Assembly: GCA_964645555.1 (NCBI GenBank) | Contig: CAZYBP010000002.1 | Span: forward strand, 1-55,281 | Origin: an uncultured Gammaproteobacteria bacterium | GTDB taxonomy: Bacteria > Patescibacteriota > Microgenomatia > Daviesbacterales > UBA10151 | Length of the DNA stretch: 55,281 bases | Direction of reading: 5' to 3' | Shown here: in pieces, positions 31,876 to 40,728 of the stretch | Layout of the letters: every line of letters begins with the position of its first letter | How positions within the stretch are numbered: the stretch's first letter is position 1 | Position numbers and translations under genes: made by a program | Notes under the pieces: generated by a model | What the model was told of the DNA's origin: nothing | Seen by the model: the letters and a program-made list of their open reading frames with translations, nothing else | Database searches by the model: none

Positions 31876-32781
31876 CTATTTGGAGACTAATACAGCAAAG
31901 ATTCCACCACTGTCTGCTTTACCGTTGAACTTACTTCCATCTAATTTAGCATCCAGTTCCACCCATTTATTTTGGGACTCATCATATCTTGCTAATTTTG
32001 CTCCTGCAGGAGGATTATCCGCTAATTCCAGCTTAACTGAGCCTGCAGGTAAAACTTTAGCTATTGGTATATTTAAAGAATAAACCTTGCCAAAAACAGT
32101 TTTTCCGTTTGGCAGCTTTGGCACTCCTGTTAAATCATTAATAATAGAAAAACCAATGGAAGTTAATTGTTGCCTATCTGAATCTAACTTATATACCAAA
32201 TGCCCGTCTCCTGAACTTAAGCTTCCCAAAGCCACATCCGGTTGTTGTAAGTGCCATTGGGTTACCATCCGGTAAGCTTTAGCACCTTTTTTAATGTGCA
32301 GGGTTAAAGTACCATTCTCTACTCCCTTATCGTACTTACAAACATTCTTGCTGCAAGTGCCAAAAAGAATTTCCTGTTCATATTCTCCCTTTTTCTCTTT
32401 TGTATCAATCGTACCCACAACTCCTCTATCTATACTTCCAACACCATCAGCACTATTTGACTCTCCGCCATCTAATATTTTGCTCCCTCTGACAGCTGTT
32501 TCATCAGCTTTACTTGTATAAGCCAATTCATAGGAAATAGAATCATAGCTTGCTGTTCTTTTTAAGTTTAAAACTAAAGCATTACCATCCCGTCTGGGAG
32601 ACAAAACTGCATAAGGGCCTTCTGCCTCAAAAGGCAAATCTACCTCTTCAACATTAGCATTATTATCCGAATTTATTTTTTGGAAAAAGAAAAGTCCTCC
32701 AATTAAAAAACCAGCCAGTGAAATTACTAGAATAACCGTAACCTTGTTGGCTATGAGCAGTTGTTTAAGTTTATCCAACAT
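31876..32781 (-). CDS. Membrane-anchored extracytoplasmic hypothetical protein
   Basis: 301 aa with an N-terminal TM helix (VTVILVISLAGFLIGGLFFF) followed by a beta-rich Gly/Ser/Asp/Lys-rich sequence. No recognisable family. Confidence 0.55.
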   Translation of the reverse strand: MLDKLKQLLIANKVTVILVISLAGFLIGGLFFFQKINSDNNANVEEVDLPFEAEGPYAVLSPRRDGNALVLNLKRTASYDSISYELAYTSKADETAVRGSKILDGGESNSADGVGSIDRGVVGTIDTKEKKGEYEQEILFGTCSKNVCKYDKGVENGTLTLHIKKGAKAYRMVTQWHLQQPDVALGSLSSGDGHLVYKLDSDRQQLTSIGFSIINDLTGVPKLPNGKTVFGKVYSLNIPIAKVLPAGSVKLELADNPPAGAKLARYDESQNKWVELDAKLDGSKFNGKADSGGIFAVLVSK

Positions 32782-32796
32782 CGGAATAATTACTTA

Positions 32797-34113
32797 CTAA
32801 TCTATCTTATCATCAATATAGTTCTTCAAGTCAACTATCTTAACCCTCTCTTGCTTTGCGGTGTCTCTATCTCTTACTGTGACAGCTTCATCTTCCAAAG
32901 TTTGGAAATCCACTGTTATACAAAAAGGTGTTCCTATCTCGTCCTGTGAAGCATACCTTTTCCCGATATTACCTCTGGCATCCCAAGCTACCATATAATC
33001 GTTTCTTAAATTAAGATAAATCTCCCGGGCTTTTTCCACAAGCTCTGGTTTGTTAGCAAGCAAAGGAAATACCGCCACTTTATATGGAGCAAGCTTTGGA
33101 TGGAGCTTTAGAACTACCCTGCCATTTTCTTCTTCCGAGTAAGCATCGATTAGTAAAAACAGTGTAGAGCGGTCAACTCCGGCAGATGTTTCTATATCAT
33201 GTGGGATATATTTTTCCCCTGTTTCAGGATCTGTATATGTCATATCCTGACCGCTGTATTTTTGGTGACGGGATAAATCCCAATCCCCTCTCTGATGGAT
33301 CCCCATAAATTCTGACCAACCAAAGGGAGCATTGTATTCTATATCACAGGCAGCTTTAGCATAGTGTGCTCTTTCATCTGGTGCATGCTCCCTAAAACGC
33401 AAATTTTCCTTTTTCATTCCCAATGATAAATACCAATCCATTCTATTTTGCTTCCAGTATTCAAACCACTTTTGCCCATCTTCCTCATTAGGCTTAATAT
33501 AAAACTGTACTTCCATTTGCTCAAACTCCCGGGATCTGAAAGTAAAATTTCCCGGAGTAATTTCATTCCTAAAAGCTTTACCGATTTGGGCTATTCCAAA
33601 AGGTATTTTGACCCGGGTTGAATCCAGAACATTTTTAAAATTCACATGGACCCCATTGGTAATTTCTCCTCTTAAATATATTTCTGACTGTTTACCCTCT
33701 AAAACTCCTAAGTATGCTTTTACCAGCAAATTGAATTGTTTAGGCTCAGTCCATTCAACCTTTTCACCTTTGTGGGATTTTTCATGAGTGTTAATCTCTT
33801 CTGTCTTGTCTGCCCTAAATCTTTGATTACAAATTTTACATTCAACTAAAGGATCAGAAAAAGCTTCCACGTGTCCCGAGGCCTCCCAGGCTTTGGGATT
33901 CATCATAATAGCTGCATCAACTCCGACAATATCATCACGCAGCTGCACCATTTCCTTCCACCATAAATCCTTTAAATTTTTCTTAAGTAAAGCGCCGGTT
34001 GGTCCATAATCCCACGTTCCCCCAAGTCCTCCATAAATTTCAGACCCCGGATATATAAATCCTCTCCTTTTACAAAGAGCGACAATTTTTTGCATTAAAT
34101 CATCATTATTCAT
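32797..34113 (-). CDS. glyQS: Glycyl-tRNA synthetase (dimeric class II type)
   Basis: KRRGFIYPGSEIYGGLGGTWDYGPTG N-terminus, FRNEITPGNFTFRSREFEQME (motif 2) and a C-terminal anticodon-binding domain. Confidence 0.93.
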   Translation of the reverse strand: MNNDDLMQKIVALCKRRGFIYPGSEIYGGLGGTWDYGPTGALLKKNLKDLWWKEMVQLRDDIVGVDAAIMMNPKAWEASGHVEAFSDPLVECKICNQRFRADKTEEINTHEKSHKGEKVEWTEPKQFNLLVKAYLGVLEGKQSEIYLRGEITNGVHVNFKNVLDSTRVKIPFGIAQIGKAFRNEITPGNFTFRSREFEQMEVQFYIKPNEEDGQKWFEYWKQNRMDWYLSLGMKKENLRFREHAPDERAHYAKAACDIEYNAPFGWSEFMGIHQRGDWDLSRHQKYSGQDMTYTDPETGEKYIPHDIETSAGVDRSTLFLLIDAYSEEENGRVVLKLHPKLAPYKVAVFPLLANKPELVEKAREIYLNLRNDYMVAWDARGNIGKRYASQDEIGTPFCITVDFQTLEDEAVTVRDRDTAKQERVKIVDLKNYIDDKID

Positions 34114-34745
34114 AATTTTTTCAAAAACTGCCTGCTTTTTAATTGTCCTTCAATTACTCTCTCTAAATAATATCTCAATGTCTGCTCAAGTTCTATAGCC
34201 TGTTTTTCAACAATAATCATCTTCTCAATCTCATTCCACGATAGATTTTCTAACTGAGAAAGTAATGCCTTCGTTTGAACACTCACTTCTTTCAAATTCC
34301 GCATACCCCAAAACCCCATTAGCTTTAAAATCTTTACTTCAAAAGCTCTAATGAGCAGCTGCCTTGGTCTTACCGACAATCTAGTCAGTACTTCTAATAA
34401 ATCGGAATACAACAGGGAATTTTCCTGATTTTCCGCTGTTAACTTATTTATTAGTTCTATAATATGATAGGCATAAGTTGACAGAGTAAGGTCTTCTTTC
34501 AGTTTTTGGTAAGTATCTAAAGAAGTAGCTTCAGTCAATATCAAAAAATTCTTCCCGGGATAAAGATATACTGAAACTCTGTTTAAAAGTTCCACGTTAC
34601 CGGCCCGCCTTGAAGTAACTCTCCTTACACCTTTAGCTAAAACTGAAATTTTACCTCTGTGTTTGGTAAAAACAGTTAAAATCCTATCCGCCTCCCCAAA
34701 ATTCCTCCTTTTTAAAATTATCCCCTCTGTTTTAAAACCTCTCAT
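34110..34745 (-). CDS. recO: DNA repair protein RecO
   Basis: TEGIILKRRNFGEADRILTVFTKHRGKISVLAKGVRR is the typical RecO OB-fold N-terminus. It has a 4-nt overlap with glyQS. Confidence 0.85.
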   Translation of the reverse strand: MRGFKTEGIILKRRNFGEADRILTVFTKHRGKISVLAKGVRRVTSRRAGNVELLNRVSVYLYPGKNFLILTEATSLDTYQKLKEDLTLSTYAYHIIELINKLTAENQENSLLYSDLLEVLTRLSVRPRQLLIRAFEVKILKLMGFWGMRNLKEVSVQTKALLSQLENLSWNEIEKMIIVEKQAIELEQTLRYYLERVIEGQLKSRQFLKKL

Positions 34746-34753
34746 ATGGGCAA

Positions 34754-34782
34754 AGTCTAATCTAAAAGTAATTGTGTGACAA
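34754..34782 (-). promoter_or_regulatory. Candidate promoter for recO-glyQS: TTGTCA-17 nt-TAGACT, leaderless geometry
   Basis: On the minus strand, TTGTCA lies at 34782-34777 and TAGACT at 34759-34754 with a 17-nt spacer. Only 8 nt separate the -10 box from the recO ATG (34745), with no SD. Confidence 0.4.
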
Positions 34783-34807
34783 GTAAGATATAATTTTTTT
34801 CAGTTAG

Positions 34808-36691
34808 TTAAAGAGGGAATGCAAATAATTGATCTGAGTCAAACATGAATTCTGTCACCTTTTTACCGTTTAATTTAACTTTATACTCAAAATCCTTTGC
34901 TCCGGGTTGCTTTTGGATTAATAATTCATAATTTCCTTTTGGTTGATAAGGAACCGTATATTCTATTTCCAATTTCCTGCTGTTTTGAGGCCTTACTTGA
35001 ATGAATGCTTCAAATACTGTTTTATCTAAATCTTCAATTGTTGTCATGGCAACTTCAGACCCTTTGGAAGAAATTAGTTTACTGCCTTTGGGTACATAGA
35101 ATCTGACATAATCACGGTTTATTCCATTTAACCAAATACCAAACGGCTGGTCATTTTTATATTCAATAGTAATTTTTTTCTTAACAGTCCCGTCCTTTTG
35201 CAAGTTAATTTCCTGGGTAATTGTTTGGTTGACATATAAATTAGATTTGCCGCCGGCAAAATTAGAGTCATTGATATGTAAATAATCTCCGTCAAATGTT
35301 TTAATTTGACCTGTCCAATTAAGTTGGGATAGCGCTTTCTGGCTCTTCTCATCATGCAGATAAAATATTACATGCTTACGGTTGGCAAGGTTGGCAACTG
35401 TTTCAATAAGCTGCGGTAACTTTTCAACATCTGCCCCGACTGCTCTGGCCAATAGTTGCTGCATTAACACCCCTAATATTGCTTTCCGGTCTTTTTCACC
35501 TTTGGCGGCGATCTCCGCATACGATTCCAGTTCATAAATAACATTTGGACAATTGCATCTTGGATCTGTTTCTGCAGAATACCTTGTTCCGTATACATCG
35601 ATTGGCCCTGTCACCTCTATCAACTCCTCTACAACTTGTGTATCAATGAATATAATTCCATCAAAAGGTAACCCCTCCCCCAAAAGCTGATACATTTTCT
35701 CAAACTGCTGAGCAGAGGTAGGTACATCAGGCGACATATTAGAATCCCTCATACTCCAGGCAGTCCGTGGTTTACCGCTAACTTCCGGCAAATACTTTAC
35801 AATCGGGGCAGGAGGAGTCAAAGGACAAATTTTTGTCAAACATATTTTTAATAGTTTTTCATCCAGGCGGTAAATGTCATCTGAAGTTGTAGCTGAAACC
35901 TGCCCATTTTCAATTTTTAAAGTAGCGAAAGCTGTCATAAATCCGCCTGTTGGCCTGATTTCTTTATCGTTTTGAAAAAGCAAAAGATAATTTTTTGCGC
36001 CGGGTACACCTAATGCTTGCGGGGCTATTGTGAGTGCTTCCTTACCATCCTGTACTGCAACCGCAGCTCCGATAATAAAGTTTTTGGCAAGTTCTATATT
36101 TTTCCGCAACAGGCGGTTTTTAAATTTCTCCGGATATTTTCCGGTGTCAATATCCAAAACTAACTCTGCCCCCTTTTTAAAATTCTTTTCTACCTTGCTA
36201 AGTTCTGGGATAGATTTATTTAACATCCCGACAGCCTGTGTAATCCTGTCAGGACCGGCCTTAACATGTCCGTCAAACATCAGTTCGGCCTTACTTGGTT
36301 CTAAATTAGTAAAAATAGTATCCAGAGCCGCTAATCCTTCAACTCCTGCTCCAACAAAACCTTTAACATCTGCATAATACCCGCCAACAAACGGCAGAAT
36401 CCTCAACCAGAATAAAAAGTTTAAGGACAAATTTACACTTTGCAGACCATTTTTAGTAGCTTTTGTCTCATTTATTAATAGATCAAAATCCTGCTGTTTA
36501 TAGGCATTCACCAAATTTTTAGCGTGTATGGAAACGGTCTTTAGGCCTAAAAAAATAAAAATTGAGGGAATAACCATCAGGACAAGCAAAACAATTAATA
36601 CTATCACTACCCTGCGTGACTTCTTATTTTTCTTACCGTATCTTATGTTAATGCTGCTTATTGTATCCAGCTTTTTATCCAAATTTATCAT
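34808..36691 (-). CDS. DUF4012-like large extracytoplasmic protein with N-terminal membrane anchor
   Basis: 627 aa with a TM anchor (VVIVLIVLLVLMVIPSIFIFLGL). The NDKEIRPTGGFMTAFATLKIENGQV segment resembles the conserved core of DUF4012 proteins. It lies 9 nt downstream of the glycosylation operon. Confidence 0.55.
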   Translation of the reverse strand: MINLDKKLDTISSINIRYGKKNKKSRRVVIVLIVLLVLMVIPSIFIFLGLKTVSIHAKNLVNAYKQQDFDLLINETKATKNGLQSVNLSLNFLFWLRILPFVGGYYADVKGFVGAGVEGLAALDTIFTNLEPSKAELMFDGHVKAGPDRITQAVGMLNKSIPELSKVEKNFKKGAELVLDIDTGKYPEKFKNRLLRKNIELAKNFIIGAAVAVQDGKEALTIAPQALGVPGAKNYLLLFQNDKEIRPTGGFMTAFATLKIENGQVSATTSDDIYRLDEKLLKICLTKICPLTPPAPIVKYLPEVSGKPRTAWSMRDSNMSPDVPTSAQQFEKMYQLLGEGLPFDGIIFIDTQVVEELIEVTGPIDVYGTRYSAETDPRCNCPNVIYELESYAEIAAKGEKDRKAILGVLMQQLLARAVGADVEKLPQLIETVANLANRKHVIFYLHDEKSQKALSQLNWTGQIKTFDGDYLHINDSNFAGGKSNLYVNQTITQEINLQKDGTVKKKITIEYKNDQPFGIWLNGINRDYVRFYVPKGSKLISSKGSEVAMTTIEDLDKTVFEAFIQVRPQNSRKLEIEYTVPYQPKGNYELLIQKQPGAKDFEYKVKLNGKKVTEFMFDSDQLFAFPL

Positions 36692-36700
36692 TTTTTTCCT

Positions 36701-37329
36701 TTAAACTGCCCCTTTACCCGATAGTACAGCAGGAAAAGTTTTTAACATAATCCAAAAGTCATATAAAAGAGACCTTTTTTTTACATATTCTGCATCCATC
36801 TTTACTCTTTCGTCAAAATTTATCTCTGACCGGCCAGTCACCTGCCACAGTCCGGTTAATCCCGGTTTACCTGATAAAATTATCCTAACAAATTTTTTTG
36901 ATTCTGGATACTTTTCCTGTTGTTCTTCCAGCTCGTAAGGATAATATGCCCTTGGTCCGACAATACTCATCTCCCCTCTCAAAATATTAAAAAACTGAGG
37001 AAGCTCATCTAGGGAAAATCTTCTGATAAATTTCCCGACTCTGGTTACCCGGGGATCATTAAATATTTTATAACTGTTTTTTTGTATTCCTCAAGTAATT
37101 TAGGATTACTTTCTAATATCTCATGTGCATTTTGCACCATTGAACGGAATTTGTATATTCTAAATAATCTGCCATTTCTGCCTGCCCTCATCGGAGTATC
37201 CGCAAAAATTGGACCCGAGGAATCTAATTTAATAGCTATAGCAATACAAATTAAAAAAGGCGACAATATGACTAAACTAACAAAGGATCCAACAGCATCT
37301 ACCAACCTCTTTAATATTTCGTATAACAT
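36701..37329 (-). pseudogene. Small (PglC/WcaJ-C-type) phosphoglycosyl transferase, reading frame broken by a -1 shift in an A7 run
   Basis: ORF 37045-37329 encodes the N-terminal TM hairpin plus IYKFRSM. The -1 frame then continues without a stop as KNSYKIFNDPRVTRVGKFIRRFSLDELPQFFNILRGEMSIVGPR into ORF 36701-36982 (GLTGLWQV...). The frames switch at the T7 run on the plus strand, 37077-37083. Confidence 0.8.
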
Positions 37330-37331
37330 GT

Positions 37332-38411
37332 TTATTTCTTAGTGTACACCAAAGACGCAATTATTTGCTTGAAGTTTTTGGTAAAGCTTTCTTTGTTAAA
37401 CTTATTTGCATTTTGCTGACATCTTTCCGGATTAATTTGAGCAGATTCCAGTTTTTTTATTGCTTCTTTTAAACTATCTACAGTCTGCATATGAAAAAAT
37501 ATGCCTGTTTGACCTTCAACTACAGTCTCCAGTGCACCTCCACTTTTAAAAGCAATCACAGGCTTACCCAAAGCCTGTGCCTCCAGAGAGGTTAAACCAA
37601 AATCCTCTATTCCGGGTATGATCAGGGCTTCCGCTCCTGCCAATACTAAAGTCAAAGTTACATCATCAATATTTCCTAAAAAATCTACCTCCCCTGTCTG
37701 CCCCATAGCAGACAACCTGTCAAATTCGGGGCCGGTACCTACTATTTTTAAAGGCAGTTTAAGCTCAAAACACGCTTTTATAGCCAAGTCTACTCTTTTA
37801 TATCTGTTTAAACGGGCTATTACTAAAAAATAGCCTCCATTAAAACTTTCAATATTATTAAACCTTTGTAAATCAACATACGGATAAATAACCGGGGCTT
37901 GTCTGTTATATGCTTGTTTTATTCTGGTTTGAGCATTAATAGAACCGGCTAAAAATTGATCCACTCTTTGGGCATAGATTTGATCAACAAGACGGAGCTT
38001 GTTTATTAAAAACCTATTTTGTAAAACCTCAGCCAAATTTGAATAATTCCATAAAAACCGGGGAGGAGTGTGGCAATAACTGATATGGGTAGTTTTAGGT
38101 TTTGTAATAATGCACTTTGCAAAACGCGTAGTTTGAGAAATTACCAAATCGTATTCATCAAAAACAAATTGTTCAAAAGAAAGCGGATAGAGTGGCAATA
38201 AAGCTTTATATAAGCTTTTCGAAACAGGAATCTTTTGCAAAAAAGAACTGATAACTTTTTTACCTGCAAATGCTTGCTTTAGTCTGTCATTTGAAAAATC
38301 TACCAGCGAGGTAAAGATGGGCGCATTAGGGAAAATGTCACAAATCCCTCTCAGGATTCTTTCCGCCCCTCCCCACTGGACTAAATCATCATGAACAATA
38401 GCAACTTTCAT
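37332..38411 (-). CDS. GT4 family glycosyltransferase
   Basis: MKVAIVHDDLVQWGGAERIL N-terminus and EDFGLTSLEAQALGKPVIAFKSGG (EX7E region). The ATG at 38411 is preferred over the TTG at 38420. Confidence 0.8.
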   Translation of the reverse strand: MKVAIVHDDLVQWGGAERILRGICDIFPNAPIFTSLVDFSNDRLKQAFAGKKVISSFLQKIPVSKSLYKALLPLYPLSFEQFVFDEYDLVISQTTRFAKCIITKPKTTHISYCHTPPRFLWNYSNLAEVLQNRFLINKLRLVDQIYAQRVDQFLAGSINAQTRIKQAYNRQAPVIYPYVDLQRFNNIESFNGGYFLVIARLNRYKRVDLAIKACFELKLPLKIVGTGPEFDRLSAMGQTGEVDFLGNIDDVTLTLVLAGAEALIIPGIEDFGLTSLEAQALGKPVIAFKSGGALETVVEGQTGIFFHMQTVDSLKEAIKKLESAQINPERCQQNANKFNKESFTKNFKQIIASLVYTKK

Positions 38412-38421
38412 AATTTTCAAT

Positions 38422-39540
38422 CTATACGCTCTTTTTGTAACCTGACAAGGTTTGTTGGGCTAATTTATTCCAGCTGAATTTTTTAACTCTTTCCTTACCT
38501 TTTTTTATTAGTTTAAGTCTCAAACTTTGAGAATTTAAAAGTTTAGTTAATTTTTCTCTCATGTCATCAATACTGTGAGGATTAAAATACAAAACAGCAT
38601 CTTTTCCAACTTCCGGTAAACTGGCTGTGTTTGATGCCACAACCGGGCATCCACAAGCCATTGCCTCAAGGATAGGTATACCAAATCCTTCCTCAAAAGA
38701 CGGTATCACAAAACTTTCTGCTCCTTTATACAAAGCTACTAACTGCTCATCGGAAACAAAGCCGGTAAAAATAACTGAAGGATGCTGGAATTGTTTTTTT
38801 ATCCGTTGCCAAAAAAAATGGTCGTAACCCGAAAGAACTAACTTCAGGTTTGGCCTCTGCTTATTTAAATTGGAAAAAGCTTTAATTAACCCCTCCACAT
38901 TTTTATGCGGATGGGCATTGCCTACATAGAATATGAAAGGGGAGTCAATTTTAAATTTTTTCAAAATTGCATCAACTTTGGTACCGGTCATTTTATCGGC
39001 CAGGGAAACAATACCTTCATCAACCGCCTCAGGAGTAACAATTATTTCCTTATCAGATATATGCCATTCTTCCATTAATAGTTTTTTAACACAATTTGAG
39101 GGTACAAATATTTGTTGAGATTTAGTAACTGCAGTTTTAAATACTTTTCTGTAGCCTAACTGCTTAATTTTAAAAGAAACCGGGTTTAACATTGTAGGTT
39201 TTCCCATTGATCTATGCTGATGGATTAAATCATGGATAGTCACAACAAATTTTCCGGTATAAAAAATCGGTACGTTAAAATGGGGAAAATGTATCAAGTC
39301 TAAATTATACTGGTTGAGCAACGAGGGAAACTTAAATTGTTCTGCAAATCCATACCAGGAAAAATCAGCAAGCACCTTTTTAAAATTTTTTGACTCCACA
39401 AATTTATCAAAATCTTTTGGCAATAAAAAAATAAAATATTGATTATCTTTGTCCAAAACCATTAAACTTCTGATTAAATTCCGCAAATACCTGCCAACTC
39501 CCGACTCATTAAAAAATCTGGCATCAATCCCAATTCTCAT
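38422..39540 (-). CDS. GT4 family glycosyltransferase
   Basis: MRIGIDARF N-terminus and EGFGIPILEAMACGCPVVASN motif. Confidence 0.85.
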   Translation of the reverse strand: MRIGIDARFFNESGVGRYLRNLIRSLMVLDKDNQYFIFLLPKDFDKFVESKNFKKVLADFSWYGFAEQFKFPSLLNQYNLDLIHFPHFNVPIFYTGKFVVTIHDLIHQHRSMGKPTMLNPVSFKIKQLGYRKVFKTAVTKSQQIFVPSNCVKKLLMEEWHISDKEIIVTPEAVDEGIVSLADKMTGTKVDAILKKFKIDSPFIFYVGNAHPHKNVEGLIKAFSNLNKQRPNLKLVLSGYDHFFWQRIKKQFQHPSVIFTGFVSDEQLVALYKGAESFVIPSFEEGFGIPILEAMACGCPVVASNTASLPEVGKDAVLYFNPHSIDDMREKLTKLLNSQSLRLKLIKKGKERVKKFSWNKLAQQTLSGYKKSV

Positions 39541-40728
39541 TTATTTTCCTCCTAAACTTTGGTAAATATTACTTAGTTTATCGGCAATTGGATCCCAATC
39601 ATATTCTGACTGAACCATTCTTTTGGCTTTGCTTACAATTTTTTCATACAGCTTACTATTACTTAGTAACTGTATAACTGCTTCTGCTATTTCTTCGGGT
39701 TGGTCCCGGACAATTACTTCAGCGCCGTCTTTAGCTTTAGTACCCCTGATACCGATAGAGGTAGTCACAACAGGCAAACCTGACGCAAAAGCCTCAAAAT
39801 TTTTATATCTGGTTCCTCCTCCGCCATAGATCGGGGCAACCAGAATAGCAGCCTGTTGATAAACAGCCCGGACATCTTTAACCTCTTCAACTCTAATATC
39901 CAAAGACTCAAGTTTGGGAAAAAACTCCTTGGCGTTTTTACCGATAATCCAAAGCTTGGCATTAGGAATACTCAGTTTAACTTTAGGCCAAACTTTATCA
40001 ACTAAAATATCCACTGCTTCCCTGTTTTGTAACCAGGTAAAATTTCCTAAATAAAGTATGACCGGGTTTTTCAGTCTGCTTTTAACTTTTTCTCCAAAAA
40101 ACTGACTGTCTACCCCATTAGGTACAATATCTACACTTAAATTGGGTAACTGAGATAACATGGATTTTTTATCCTCTTGGGACATAGCCACCACCCGGGT
40201 TGCCCGCTGCCAATATTTTAATTCCCAATATTTCATTTTCATTACATCAAAGTAAAGCAAAAATCTTAGAGGTAAAATGGGGTAATTTTCTGCATAATGC
40301 CTGTAGACTAAATATTCAATTGTCTGCTCTACCAGAAGTATCGGAACTTCTGTTTTGGGGATATGAGGCATAACATAAAAAGTCTCCGCGTGGATTAAAT
40401 CAAATTCCTCCCTCTCTAATTTCTGTTCAATAGCTGCCTTCTCATTACCTGCCCAATTCCTAACTACTAAAAATGGATACTGGCTAAAACCCGTACGCAG
40501 GATATTTGCCAAAGTCCAGGGTTTTCCCGGTCTGTTAAAAACCCTGACTTCTTTGCAAAATTTTTGCAACTCGGGCACAAATAGTCTTTCACTGCTATCT
40601 TTAATTAAACAAAACAAAGTTATTTCATGTTTAAGCTGTGATAATCTTTTAATCAGGTTATACGAGCGGGTTTGTCCTCCTGTTAAAAGAGGATATGGCA
40701 GATATGGCGTAAGCATCAATATCTTCAT
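39541..40728 (-). CDS. GT4 family glycosyltransferase
   Basis: MKILMLTPYLPYPLLTGGQTRSYN N-terminus and GGGGTRYKNFEAFASGLPVVTT C-terminal Rossmann motif. Confidence 0.8.
   Translation of the reverse strand: MKILMLTPYLPYPLLTGGQTRSYNLIKRLSQLKHEITLFCLIKDSSERLFVPELQKFCKEVRVFNRPGKPWTLANILRTGFSQYPFLVVRNWAGNEKAAIEQKLEREEFDLIHAETFYVMPHIPKTEVPILLVEQTIEYLVYRHYAENYPILPLRFLLYFDVMKMKYWELKYWQRATRVVAMSQEDKKSMLSQLPNLSVDIVPNGVDSQFFGEKVKSRLKNPVILYLGNFTWLQNREAVDILVDKVWPKVKLSIPNAKLWIIGKNAKEFFPKLESLDIRVEEVKDVRAVYQQAAILVAPIYGGGGTRYKNFEAFASGLPVVTTSIGIRGTKAKDGAEVIVRDQPEEIAEAVIQLLSNSKLYEKIVSKAKRMVQSEYDWDPIADKLSNIYQSLGGK

Noticed and set aside
36701-37329. Treating 37045-37329 and 36701-36982 as two independent small genes
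   Set aside because: Neither half is a complete sugar-transferase domain. The conserved DPRVTRVGKF...DELPQ core is encoded in the -1 frame across the gap between them, so they are one gene broken at the A7 run.
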